Positions 51,246 to 62,556 of a DNA stretch of 64,000 nt are shown in pieces. Below the pieces are notes generated by a model, which worked only from the letters and a program-made list of their open reading frames with translations, was not told where the DNA came from and ran no database searches. A program made the position numbers and the translations under genes. The stretch spans positions 62,001-126,000 of the forward strand of contig JAXLNO010002112.1 of NCBI GenBank assembly GCA_038087875.1, written 5' to 3'. How positions within the stretch are numbered: the stretch's first letter is position 1; the number at the start of each line of letters is the position of its first letter. The DNA comes from Malacoraja senta (taxonomy: Eukaryota).

Positions 51246-51540
51246 TCCCAGACTTAGCACACTAGCCATACTGTGGGTTAGAAAGGAAATGACATTCATT
51301 TAAACACATTGCAACTTTCTGAGATATTTTAAGTGCTTCAGAAACATGTCGAATAAACTGACTAATCTAATTAACCATTGGACTGTTGAGAATTTGGATC
51401 TCGCTCAAACCTGAGTAGCATACGCTTGAGTTCCAAGTATAAAATTCTTTTAATAAATTTACTGTTGTCACTCTCGTTTTAAGAGGGAATTTGGCTTTAT
51501 TGGATGCTGTGTATCACTAAAGTGGAATGTTAATTTGCAG

Positions 51541-51610
51541 GGCTGTCACAACATTTTGGATATCCAATCCTAACAACCACCTCATCAACAATGCAGCAGC
51601 TGGTGCCCAG
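51541..51610 (+). CDS. CEMIP2-like: CEMIP2-like exon (AVTTFWISNPNNHLINNAAAGAQ)
   Basis: tttgcag|G, CAG|gtaagg. Confidence 0.94.
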
Positions 51611-54600
51611 GTAAGGCAATACTTGGTTGACTTGGAAAACCAGTTTATACAGACAGCAGCCTGGGATTTCGATTTCCCTCCTGGGATAAATAAAGTTCTA
51701 TCGTATCGTAGATATTCTTTTTCAGAGTCATTCTTGTAACGTTCCCCCAGCACCCCTACCAGCAACATGTCCCTAACATTACTGATACTATTTAGTCTGG
51801 AAATCATGACCTGGGAATCATGTTTTTTTTAATCTGACGGGCTGCTGTCTGTATATATTTGTTTTGTAAATCTGCCCAGTTGTTATACAGGCTCCATTTA
51901 TACATGAAGTGAATTAGATTTGTTGTCCTTTATTTTGGCTTGATATTTTAGTTAAAGTCGTGCAGTAAACAGGCTCACAGAGAGTGATGTTCATATGATC
52001 ATTATGAACTTCTGATCATAATGTTCTCAACATGGGCATGGACACTTGTTAAAGCACCAGAATAGTAATCCAGAGATTAGCGATATCTATCAGAAGGGAA
52101 AACCCACCAGTAAGAAAATTAAAATTTCTTAATAAATTTGAATCTGAAAAAAGAAACAACAACTATTCTTCATAATGATGTTCTTGAAAACTACTGGATT
52201 GTTATAAAAAAAAAAAAAACATCTGGTTCACCAATGCCCTTGAGGGGAAAGCTATCATTCAGATGTGATTTGCAGGTGACTCCAGGCACACCCCATATGG
52301 TTAACTCTTAATTGCCAATGAAGTGGCCCAGTAAATCATTCGGTTCCATTACAGTCAAAATTTAAATTTATGTTCTTGTACACATAATGATACAGAAGGA
52401 GAACCGTCGCTTCCTTGCCAAGCCCCTGGGAGCAATTAGTCCCTTCCCTCTCATTTCCCAGTAGCCCTTCAAATTATTCTCTCTCAAACATTCCTATCAA
52501 CTTTTTCTTCGCTTCTAATTGCCAGTAAGTTACTGTAGCCAATTAACCTACCAGTATTTCATTAGAACCTGGGAGGAAACTGGGTCACTCAGTTGAAACT
52601 GGTGGTCATGGGGAGAGTGTGCCATCTCCACACAAACAGCATCCTAGGCCAGAATGGAACCAAGGTTCCCAAAGCTGTGAGATAACAGCACTGACTGCTG
52701 TGAAATAGTGTCTGTGGTAGAAAATTGGATGGGACAGCCTGGCATTGACTCGAGTATCGCAATGTCTAAGAAACATGTAGACGGGTGTTTCATGGATAAG
52801 ACAGGTGGGCCAAATTCAGGCAGGTGGGACTACTGTAGATGGGAAATGTTGGCAGGTGTGGGTAAGTTGGGCAAAAGGGCCTGTCTCCATGCTGTAAGAC
52901 ACTATGACTCTATTAAATCTGGATACAGCAAATGGCTCCCAAAAACATCAGACAAAGACCTCATCAAAGATTTGCAGAGTGCATTGCCACTGACCATTCA
53001 TTCAAAAGCCCGACATAATCATACTTGCAGATTCATTCCTGGCAATGTACTAGATCTCCAACGCAATCCATGAGCATTATTATTAAACCAATCTTATTCA
53101 ATGAGTAGAACAGTCTCACCAAAGACAAGAATTGATGCCACACCTCATAAATACACATGGCATCAGGACAGCCATGGACAAGGAAACCTCTTCCTGATTA
53201 GAACTTATCACCTTCACAATACCGTGGTGGTTAGTTTTGGTGTGAAGACAGGGCTTTGCACAAGGATTGTGCATTAATCGTTTCTACTAATAGGAGCATT
53301 GGCAGATCCATCTACTGCTGGTAAATGGTGAGGCATGGTCTAGGACGTATACGCAGTTATTTCAGTTTTGCCCTTCAGAACATGGCCTGGTCATTATAGT
53401 GATGCTACCTAATCACTTGGCTATGGATAATGAAATCCCTGCCCCCCAGAATACATTTGGTGCTCTTGCTATTATCAACGTTTCTCCCACCTCTGTCTAG
53501 TACACTTATAACATCAGCGTCTACCCGACAATATGAAAACTGCCTTGCTGTGCTCTGTTTACAAAATGTAGGACAATCCCAACTGGCCAATCTATCTGTT
53601 CTCAATCATCTGGAAAGTGATGGGAGCTGTCATGGACAATAGTATTATGCAACACTTAATTGCTGGTGCCAAGTTTGGATCTTGCCAAGGCAGCTTGACT
53701 TCAGGCCTAACCAAATATTGACCATCTATATTTGATCTTCTAGCCAAGCAAAACATCATTCATCCAGCCTGGAGCCCTGTTAGACACTTGCCAGCTTCAT
53801 GGGACTTATACTTTCAAACTTGAGTCTATCCAATCCCTTCTAATTTAACAGGACTCAGTTTGGTGAACCTTTGTGTTGTTTTATTTTCTATGTCACATAT
53901 ATATTTTCCTGGGTAAGGTGACCAAAGGTGTACTGCTCCAAGCATGGTGTTTTTATTTAATTGATTGCAAAATACAGCATGGAAACATGCCCTTTGGTCT
54001 ACTGAGTCCACTCTGACCATCAATCACCCGTTCACCCTGGCCTCAGCAAGAATCTGTATTCATGCCATTTTATTAATTTTGGATGAGGTTGCCCAGTGGA
54101 GAGCTCTTCTATTCTTCAAATTCATCCATGTGGTTACATGGTAGGGCTTCCATTTAATGTCTTGCCCAAAAGGCAGCTTCCCCTCATTTCTGTAATTCGG
54201 TATCAACCTGAGATTTTGCTGCTCAAAACACTCAGTCTTTGTTTCCAAGATGCAAGAACTATATCGCTGAGCTATGACTTATTTAAAATGAGGATTAACT
54301 TATCCCAAACAATCGTTTTGTAGCTGGCTTACCAATTTATGAAAATTCCCAGTCACTGTTACTTAATTCTATACCATGTAAATAGTGTGTTGATGTCAAA
54401 TACCACCATCGCCAGGAGTGAATTAATGATATAGTTATCACAGATCTAATTGGTCTGAAACCTGCAAAATATACCAGTACCCAAAAAGATTCCAAGCAGT
54501 AGTTTACAGACTTTAATATATTAATTATTTTATTCAACTTGTGGTCATGAAACAGGGCAAGTTTTGAAATGGGATTTGTGGCATGGCATCTGAAAAATTA

Positions 54601-54904
54601 CCCTGAAAGTTGTTAAGGTGGTGAAAACTTATGGTGATATCTTTTGTGGAGTGGTTGTCTGGGGGATAGGGGAATGTTTGCACATAATTGAAGTAAAACA
54701 AAAGTGCTGGAACACTCATCTGGTCAGGCGGCATCCATGTAGAGAGAAGCAGATTTAATGTTTCAGCTCGGCAACCTTTCATTAGAACTGGGGGGAAAAA
54801 GCAACCTACAGGGTCTAGTGAGACAATGGGAGAGATGGATAGGACAAAGGTGAAGCCAGAGTTGTGTAGTGATATGCTGTTAACAAAGTTGCCCCATTGT
54901 TGGC

Positions 54905-55562
54905 CTTCATAACAAGAGAATTTCGGTATAGGAGTAAAGAGGTTCTTCTGCAGTTGTATAGGGCTCTGGTGAGACCACATCTGGAGTATTGTGTACAGTT
55001 TTGGTCTCCTAACTTGAGGAAGGAGATTGTGTACAGTTTTGGTCTCCTAACTTGTGATTGAGGCAGTGCAGCGTAGGTTCACGAGATTGATCCTTGGGAT
55101 GGCGGGACTGTCATATGAGGAAAGATTGAAAAGACTAGGCTTGTATTCACTGGAGTTTAGAAGGATGAGGGGGCATCTTATAGAAACATATAAAATTATA
55201 AAAGGATTGGACAAGCTAGATGCAGGAAAAAATTTCCCAATGATGGGCGAGTCCTGAACCAGGGGCCACAGTCTTAGAATAAAGGGGAGGTCATTTAAGA
55301 CTGAGGTGAGAAAAAACGTTTTCACCCAGAGAGTTGTGAATTTATAGAATTCCCGGCCACAGAGGGCAGTGGAGGCCAAGTCACTGGATGGATTTAAGAG
55401 AGAGTTAGATAGAGCTCTAGGGGCTAGTGGAGTCAAGGGATATGGGGAGAAGGCAGGCACGGGTTATTGATAGGGGACGATCAGCCATGATCACAATGAA
55501 TGGCGGTGCTGGCTCGAAGGGCTGAATGGCCTCCTCCTGCACCTATTTTCTATGTTTCTATG
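54905..55562 (+). mobile_element. CR1 LINE 3' end (young) with a 28-bp internal duplication
   Basis: VQRRFTRLILGMAGLSYEERLKRLGLYSLEFRRMRG; TTGTGTACAGTTTTGGTCTCCTAACTTG repeated at about 54989 and 55027. Confidence 0.9.
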
Positions 55563-55808
55563 ATAGACTAATGCTGGCAGTCAGCAAGAAAGGAAATGGA
55601 GAAAGAGACAGGTAAAAGCTATAAACTGGAGGCCAGAGCAGTTGCAGAGAACTTAAACCCAATGGAAAATATTGGAAATTGGGTAACGCCTCTGGAGAGT
55701 GAAAAACTTGGTTAATATTGCAGATGATTTAGCCAATTCTCATACAGGGAAAGCTTGAAATTGTAAAATTTTATCTGGGGTCCCAAAGTCTGCAAAATGT
55801 TTAGGTGG

Positions 55809-55970
55809 AAGATAGACACAAAAAGCTCAAGAAGACTCAGTCTGAAGAAGTGATCGACCCAAAACGTCACCCATTCCTTCTCTCCAGAGATGCTGCCTGT
55901 CCCGCTGAGTTACTCCAGCTTTTTGTGTCTATTTTCGGTTTAAACCAGCACCTTCAGTTTCTTCTTACAC
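55809..55970 (+). mobile_element. Penelope pLTR element with a short inverted 5' piece
   Basis: CTGAAGA core at about 55842. 14-bp TSD AAATGTTTAGGTGG at 55795-55808 and 55971-55984. Confidence 0.82.
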
Positions 55971-56633
55971 AAATGTTTAGGTGGGACTGGTGTTGTTCTG
56001 CTGGCCCTTTTGAATACATCTACACAAGTGTAACTTGTTGGTGATGAAACTTTGATCTCAAATGGTCATTTTTACCTCTCCATAGATACTGCCTGACTTG
56101 CTGAGCATATCTGGTATTTTTTTAAATTTAAGAATTACAATGGTTTAGCTCACCACAACATTCTCAAGAGAAATTATGGAACAACAATAAATGGAATTGC
56201 AAATAATACCTTGATTCCATAGAAATACATGTTTATGAATGTGTCTATTCAGTGTGTGGCAAGTAGGCAGTTACTTTGTATGAAAGATTACTGCTGCAAA
56301 ATACTTTGCATAAGTCCGGGAACAGTCCTTGCATGTTTAATAGATGCAAGGGCATTTTATTCTGCATCTATTTCAGATGTTCAGCATTTGCTGATTTTTC
56401 AATTTTAATTTCTGCATACATTTGGTCCAACCTACAAAAAGCAATAATTAACCTCAAGCCCTATTTTAAGCTGGTTCTCCTCTGGGTTGTATGAATTCAT
56501 TTAAATGTATAGGTTAGTTTAGTGTTTGAATATTTCTACTGAAGCACAATTATGCTTAGAGAGTGTTTTGTTTAAAAAATATATGTTGTTTTTCCTGGTT
56601 TTAACGTTTCTTGTTTAATCTCTTCCTTTCCAG

Positions 56634-56762
56634 GATGTGGGGATATGGTATATTTTCCACCGTAACCCTACTGGAGAATCTGTGGGTCAATTTCCAGATG
56701 GCCAGTCAGAGTTTACCCCCTTGGGAATATTTTACAACAACAGGGTACATTCTAACTTCAAG
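56634..56762 (+). CDS. CEMIP2-like: CEMIP2-like exon (DVGIWYIFH...TPLGIFYNNRVHSNFK)
   Basis: ctttccag|GAT, AAG|gtgtgt; 129 nt. Confidence 0.94.
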
Positions 56763-56919
56763 GTGTGTATACTCTGCTACAATAAGAGCATGTAACAATG
56801 ATTTATTTTGCACGTATTTTTTATTTCAAAATAAGATTTCCAATTATTGTTGTGAACTATTAAAAAATATAGCCTGTAGGCACACTAGTGTGTTCTATGC
56901 CTAGGTTTAGATTTCAACC

Positions 56920-57150
56920 CAATTTTTTTAGATTAGTTTGGAAATGCAACATGGAAACAGGCCCCTTCAGTCCACCGAGTCCACTCCAGCTATCGATCAC
57001 CTGTACACTACGTCATCCCACTTTTGCATCTTACACACTAGGGGCAATTTACAGAAGGCAATACACCTACAAACCTGCATGCCTTTGGAAAGTGGGAGGA
57101 AACCGGAGCACCTGGAGAAACCCCACGCAATCACCGGGAAAACATACTAA
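56920..57150 (-). mobile_element. HE1-like V-SINE
   Basis: Reverse complement of the HE1 core and tail. Confidence 0.75.
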
Positions 57151-57282
57151 CTGGATATCTTGCTGAGAGATGAGTCACGAACATTAATGTCAAGGGTAAT
57201 GTCAGATCTCAAAAGTTCCGTGCAGTGGACGCTCCCTACATTATTGTCCATTCCTCACTTACAGTTGGTATACTCTTGGGTG

Positions 57283-57403
57283 GAGAAGGGTCTCGACCTG
57301 AAACGTCACCCATTCCTTCTCTCCAGAGATGCTGCCTGTCCTGCTGAGTTACTCCAGCATATTATGTCTACCTTCGATTAAACTAGTATCTGCAGTTCTT
57401 TCC
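57283..57403 (+). mobile_element. 5'-truncated Penelope pLTR
   Basis: Starts inside the hammerhead core. 12-bp TSD TACTCTTGGGTG at 57271-57282 and 57404-57415. Confidence 0.85.
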
Positions 57404-58886
57404 TACTCTTGGGTGTTTAGACCGTTGATTGTCTTATTAACAGTGTGTGTTATCGGTGTTGGATAGCCTATGCTCTTCCTCCTGTTTTTTGGGTCAAGTG
57501 TTTTGTGTTCTGAGCCACCTTATATTTAAAGAGTTGCTTTTTAAAATCACAGTGGTGTTTCTAATCCCAAAACACCGTACAGTCGAGGTTGGTTAACTCT
57601 TGGATCCTCAATTGATTCTTACAAGCCTGCCCTGGTACGTCTTGGTAGAAAAGCCCAAAGTCTTTCAATAGGTGCTAATTAAAGCTCTTGTTGTTTGTGG
57701 GGTCATCAGATTGTACGTAAGGTGCTGTCTGAATAGTCATCTTTTGTGCCGTACTTGGAAATTCCCAAGTTATTTGTTTCTTGTGGCTGTATTGCTTTGT
57801 GCCTGGTGGTTTTAGGTAATGCTGAATCCAACTGACATCGCCTTTGTGGTTTCCAGTTTGGAGAGTGATGTAATCAAACTGCTGCCTATGACAAGATCAT
57901 GGGGAATTCCTTAAAGCCTTGTGATTGTCTCTGACAAAATAGGTTGTTGATTTTGACAAGTCTGCGCTTCAAGCAATTTGTCAGGAGGATTCTGTTGGAT
58001 TGATCTTTCCCTACTCCCTCCTTGTAAATTCTGTCTTGCTACCAGATTGTCTCCAGCATTGAGGTTATCCAGGAAGATTGCTTTGTCTCATATTTTCTAA
58101 CAGCCAGGGCGTTTTCATGATTTCTTGAGCAGAAGTCCTCTTTGGGTTTGCCCGTAGTTCCCAATGTGGGGGGGACATCCGTGCTGATGACCCTAGAGTA
58201 TTAGTTCCATGATTGAGCTAGTGGGAGAGGCACGCGGCATTCACATACTCTACAGGGGTAATCTTTGAGATACCAACCTGACACATTTTCCACTAGCATT
58301 GGTAGCATTCCATTAACTTCCCTAATTACTTGCTTTCTAGCCCATTGAGAATCATGCATAAACACGCCGATCTCGGCATTTCAGAACGCGACTGTCTCTC
58401 ACTATTCAGATAAAATTCTCCTCCTTTATTTTTCTTGCCAAAATGGTCAGTTTCCCATTTTCCCACATTATAATCCACTTGGTAGAACACCAAATCCATC
58501 TCTAACCTTTCTCTGTCTGCTTCACGACATCTCTGTGCCATCATCAAATTGAGCTGTTTTAGCTTTTGGTATCGTGATCCAAGTCATTTACTGTGTTTGC
58601 ATAGTAAACAAGAATTATGGCACCAACACCAATTGCGTTGGCACCTTGCTCATTGCATCTTGCCAATCAGAAAAAGCCTAGTGTGCCTAGTGTTTTCTGC
58701 TAGTCAACTCACTTTTGCTGTATATTATCTTTTTGAAATACCCAATCCTCCAGAAAAGAAGAGGGAGTTTCTGTAGTTGTTAATTCTACTCAGTGTTACT
58801 AATGTGTGTTTTATTATAGTGCCAGGCTGGAATGTTGGGATTATTATCTCCAGTGATTTATTGATTTCTGGTCTCCTTTCCCGCAG

Positions 58887-58972
58887 GCTGGACTTTTCAT
58901 TGACAGTGGAGTGAAGACAACCAAATGCAATGACAATGATCCCAGGGAAATTCTTGCACTGGACTTTGCAAG
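58887..58972 (+). CDS. CEMIP2-like: CEMIP2-like exon (AGLFIDSGVKTT...DPREILALDFAR)
   Basis: cccgcag|GCT, AAG|gtatag. Confidence 0.93.
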
Positions 58973-59839
58973 GTATAGCGGAATTAAATATTTCAGAAGA
59001 TTGATTTACTTCTGTGTAAAGGTCTTTCCATAATAAACACTGGGGCTAGTTTATTGAACTAGTAATGCTTGCTAGCATGATATCACCCTGGGAAATTTGA
59101 TATAAACTCTATGCAAATGAATCCAACTTATAAGCATTAATTTTTCCAATGCTTGAAGCATTTTTAAATTGAACGAAACAGATTCCATGTAAGCATTATT
59201 TCGGGAGAAATTATGCAAGTTGTGTTCACTGGTGAGTTTTGATGCTTATTTGCGGCCTCTTCCTTGTGGGAACTAAATAGCTGATTACTTCCCCTGCAAG
59301 ATCTGGCTATTTGTTAGGAAATGATTTCATTCAGCCAATATTTTTTCGTGCTTGTTTTGATAACATACAGCTTCCTTACTCTGTCAAAGCAGGGTCAAAT
59401 GCTGGAGATTGGTGTTTGTTTTTGGCATTGGGTATTATTGTTTGATACCACCAGTTGCTAGTAAGAGGGAGGTAAGAGTGTGGAATTAAGGGAGAAGGTC
59501 AGCGTTGGGGAATCTCTCAGTGGGTTGACGCTTTAAAAAAATAGGAAGGGGGAAAGGAGAACTCAATAGCTGGGACGTTGTCAACTGGGAGTCAGTAATG
59601 AAGATTGGACCAAGAAGCCATTAGATATATTGAGGTGCATGGGGCAGAATTAACTGTTGGGTATTTTGAAGATTGGGATTGGAAAGAGTGTAGAGACAGA
59701 ATGATAAAGAGTTGTTTCTCACTACTGGCATTGACAACATAGTAATGAAGCTGGGTTAGGTCAGTTGTCAAGGGAATGAGATAAGCGAGGTTCTTGACTG
59801 ATGACCCAATAGAGAGCTTGATAAAATTATCACTTGGTG

Positions 59840-60070
59840 TAATGGAGACTTGCAGCACAAAAACAGGCCCATCAACCTAACTCGTTCATGCCAATCGGGA
59901 TGCCCCATCTAAGCAAGTCCAATTTACCCTTGTTTGGTTTATAGCCCTCTAAATCCTTCCTATCCATGTACCTATCCAAATGTCTTTTAAATGTTATTGT
60001 ACCTAGTTCAACTACTTTCTCTGGTAGCTTGTTCCATGTACTAGCCACCCTGTTTGAAAAGGTCATTCCT
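59840..60070 (-). mobile_element. CR1/HER1 LINE 3' end
   Basis: RVASTWNKLPEKVVE..TFKRHLDRYMD. Confidence 0.85.
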
Positions 60071-60374
60071 CGGGGCTGATACCAAGTAAACAAAAAATAT
60101 TCTGCTTTAAAATTCACAGTTTCTTCAGAATATCTTGCAACAATACGAGTAAAACTGCATTGTTCTAGCGATAAGTGCCAACATACAGTGGAGTACAGAT
60201 AGATATATCTGCTGCTGTGAAGCTTAAATAATAAATAATGAATATTGTGGGTTCACATGTAATCAATAATGTGTATAAAATATTGAATCATTCTCTTACC
60301 ATTCTGGCATATATTGCCAGCAACAGCCATTGGATCTTCTAATAACATGCTCCATGTGCAGCAAGAAGAGTCTA

Positions 60375-60925
60375 AAGGGCCTGTCCCACGGGCATGCGAC
60401 TCCATGCGGCAAGCGCGACCTAACCGGAAGCGGGGGCCGCGCGGAGGTCGCAGGGCCGGTCCCACTTCGATCGCCGGAGCCGTATGGAGTTGTGCGGAGC
60501 TGGTCCACACATGGCGCGGGGCTCCGAAAAACTGACACTGTTCAAAAATTCCTCGCGGCAACGGCCTGCCGCCCCGCAGCCGCATCGAGGCCGTGCGCGC
60601 CGCATCGACGGCCGTGCGCACCGCCTCGAAGCCGTATGCAGCCGCCTTAAGGCCGTGCGCACCGCCTCGACGTCGTACGCAGCCGCATCGAGGCCGTATG
60701 CACCGCCTCAACGGCCGTGCGCACCACCCCGACACCGTACGCACCGTCTTGACGTCACTCGACCTCCGCGGGGCCCCCGCTTCCGGTTTGGTAGCGCTTG
60801 CTGCATGCAGCCGCATGCTGGTGGGACAGGCCCTGTCCGGGGATCACTCGACCTCCGTGCGGCCCCCCGCTTCCGGTTAGGTCGCGCTTGCCGCATGGAG
60901 TCGCATGCCCGTGGGACAGGCCCTT
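60375..60925. mobile_element. Young CpG-rich MITE (non-autonomous DNA transposon)
   Basis: About 76-bp near-perfect TIRs starting AAGGGCCTGTCCCAC, flanked by TA. Internal ~21-bp tandem repeats and a duplicated right end at 60755-60833. Confidence 0.88.
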
Positions 60926-61300
60926 TATTTACCATTCAACTGTTGTTTTTATTATTTATAATCTCCAATTTTCTTGATGTTTACACTTTGCTGCAAACAT
61001 ATTTGGCATAATATGCAATGATTGCTTCATTTTATTTTGGCTGAAATCATGTAACAAGAAAAGATTTGTCATTTAATGATTTATTTATATGGCTTTAAAT
61101 ATCTTATGCTCAACTGATAATGAAGGATTAATAATTAATTAGTGTTTAAAACTGTTGTATTTAGCCTTCTGTTCCCGCTGAATCTTGGTTTCTGATGTCT
61201 ATTAATTCCTTGGGCCTCAGTGTCTGCCTTCTGTTTTCAATAGTTTATGTCTCAAGAACCGTGACAGATCTGTAACTTCTGCTCTGTATCTTTGACATAG

Positions 61301-61432
61301 GTTTCGCCCTCATCAAAATGCTGACCCAAGGCAGCCACGTGTTCCTGCTGTTATTGATGGTCTTATAGCTTTTAAAAACAATGAGCAAGGAGCTTGGGCT
61401 AGAGGGGGAGACATTATATTCCGCAACTCTGG
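61301..61432 (+). CDS. CEMIP2-like: CEMIP2-like exon (FRPHQNADP...AFKNNEQGAWARGGDIIFRNSG)
   Basis: gacatag|G, TGG|gtaagt. Confidence 0.94.
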
Positions 61433-61726
61433 GTAAGTTCTGTTATATGCTGGAACATGTCTTTGCAACAGAAAATATCTTTGATATATATAGAAGCATT
61501 GAATGAATTACTAGAGATGGTGTATCTCAGTCACTGAGCTAGAGGTTCCACTGCTGATGCTGCATGCACGGTACTGAAGATATAATGCAGAGGTAATTAC
61601 TACGGCTATACAAAACAATTAGCTGATCACATATGTTTCACAAAGGATTTGATATTATGTTGCTTGCTGTATAATGTAAGATGCATGAAATTCTGGAATG
61701 TGACCCCATTCTCTTTGCTTCTGTAG

Positions 61727-61762
61727 GTTCTCCGATAATGGGATAGGTCTGACTCTAGCAAG
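61727..61762 (+). CDS. CEMIP2-like: CEMIP2-like 36-nt exon (FSDNGIGLTLA); gene continues beyond the window
   Basis: ctgtag|G, AAG|gtaatc; matches the family FADNGIGLTxAS motif. Confidence 0.9.
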
Positions 61763-62328
61763 GTAATCTTGATTTTCTAATTTTTTGGTGACGAGCTTAT
61801 CTGATCAAATCATTTTGGGTTAAAAACCAATATGTGCAGGAACAATGCTTATCAATTTCCAATCCCAACAGATTCAAAAATCATGGTACTGATAAAGGTC
61901 ATAGACCTGGAATGTTAATGGTTCTGTTGCCACACATGCTGCCCAGCATTTCCAGTATTTTCAAGTTTCAGGTAGTCTTTGTTTGCAGTTGGTTTAGTGA
62001 CAAGATTCCTGAGGATCATTCAATCCATTATAACATCTTTTCTGCTTATTTTTTCATCCCTATTTAAAATGAAAAATTCTCGCAAATATATGGCCTTGCT
62101 CAGGATGATACAAAGTGTTATAGTTATTCCGATGAAAAAGTTATTGTAAATGTGATCAATAATTTCCAATACAATAGTGGCAAGTGTACAGTGTAAGATG
62201 TTTAATATTCTAAATGAATTCTGTTTTATACAATTGTTAAACTATGCAAATCTGGCAAGATTTTTTTTTTTTTACATTTGTTGTAAAGGAAAATTAGGTA
62301 GAAAAATAATTATCCTAATCCCAACAAT

Positions 62329-62556
62329 GTTTAAGAAGGAACTGCAGATGCAGGAAAATCAAAGGTAGACAAAAATGCTGGTGAAACTCAGCGGTGAGGC
62401 AACATCTATGGAGCGAAGGAAATAGGCGACGTTTCGGGTCGAGACCCTTCTTGAGACTGATCAGTCTGAAGAAGGGTCTCGACCCGAAATGTCACCTATT
62501 TCCTTCGCTCCTTAGATGCTGCCTCACCTGCTGAGTTTCTCCAGCATTTTTGTCTA
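62329..62556. mobile_element. Fold-back Penelope element with two back-to-back hammerhead motifs
   Basis: About 97-bp inverted arms centred at 62460/62461. 15-bp TSD CCTAATCCCAACAAT at 62314-62328 and 62557-62571. Confidence 0.9.

Noticed and set aside
57430-58330. Possible LTR or other retroelement relic (also about 50030-50560)
   Set aside because: Composition differs from the flanks, but I could not find termini or protein motifs to support a call.
60570-60745. CRISPR-like or coding interpretation of the short repeats
   Set aside because: Eukaryotic context, no unique spacers, and the repeats lie inside a TIR element.
60253-61011. Several overlapping Arg/Ala-rich ORFs
   Set aside because: They arise from the GC-rich MITE with TIRs and tandem repeats; no transposase motifs.
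36865-61762. Calling the gene canonical CEMIP by synteny
   Set aside because: It lacks the CEMIP-specific insert after SEW, and many motifs plus the N-terminal TM are TMEM2-type.
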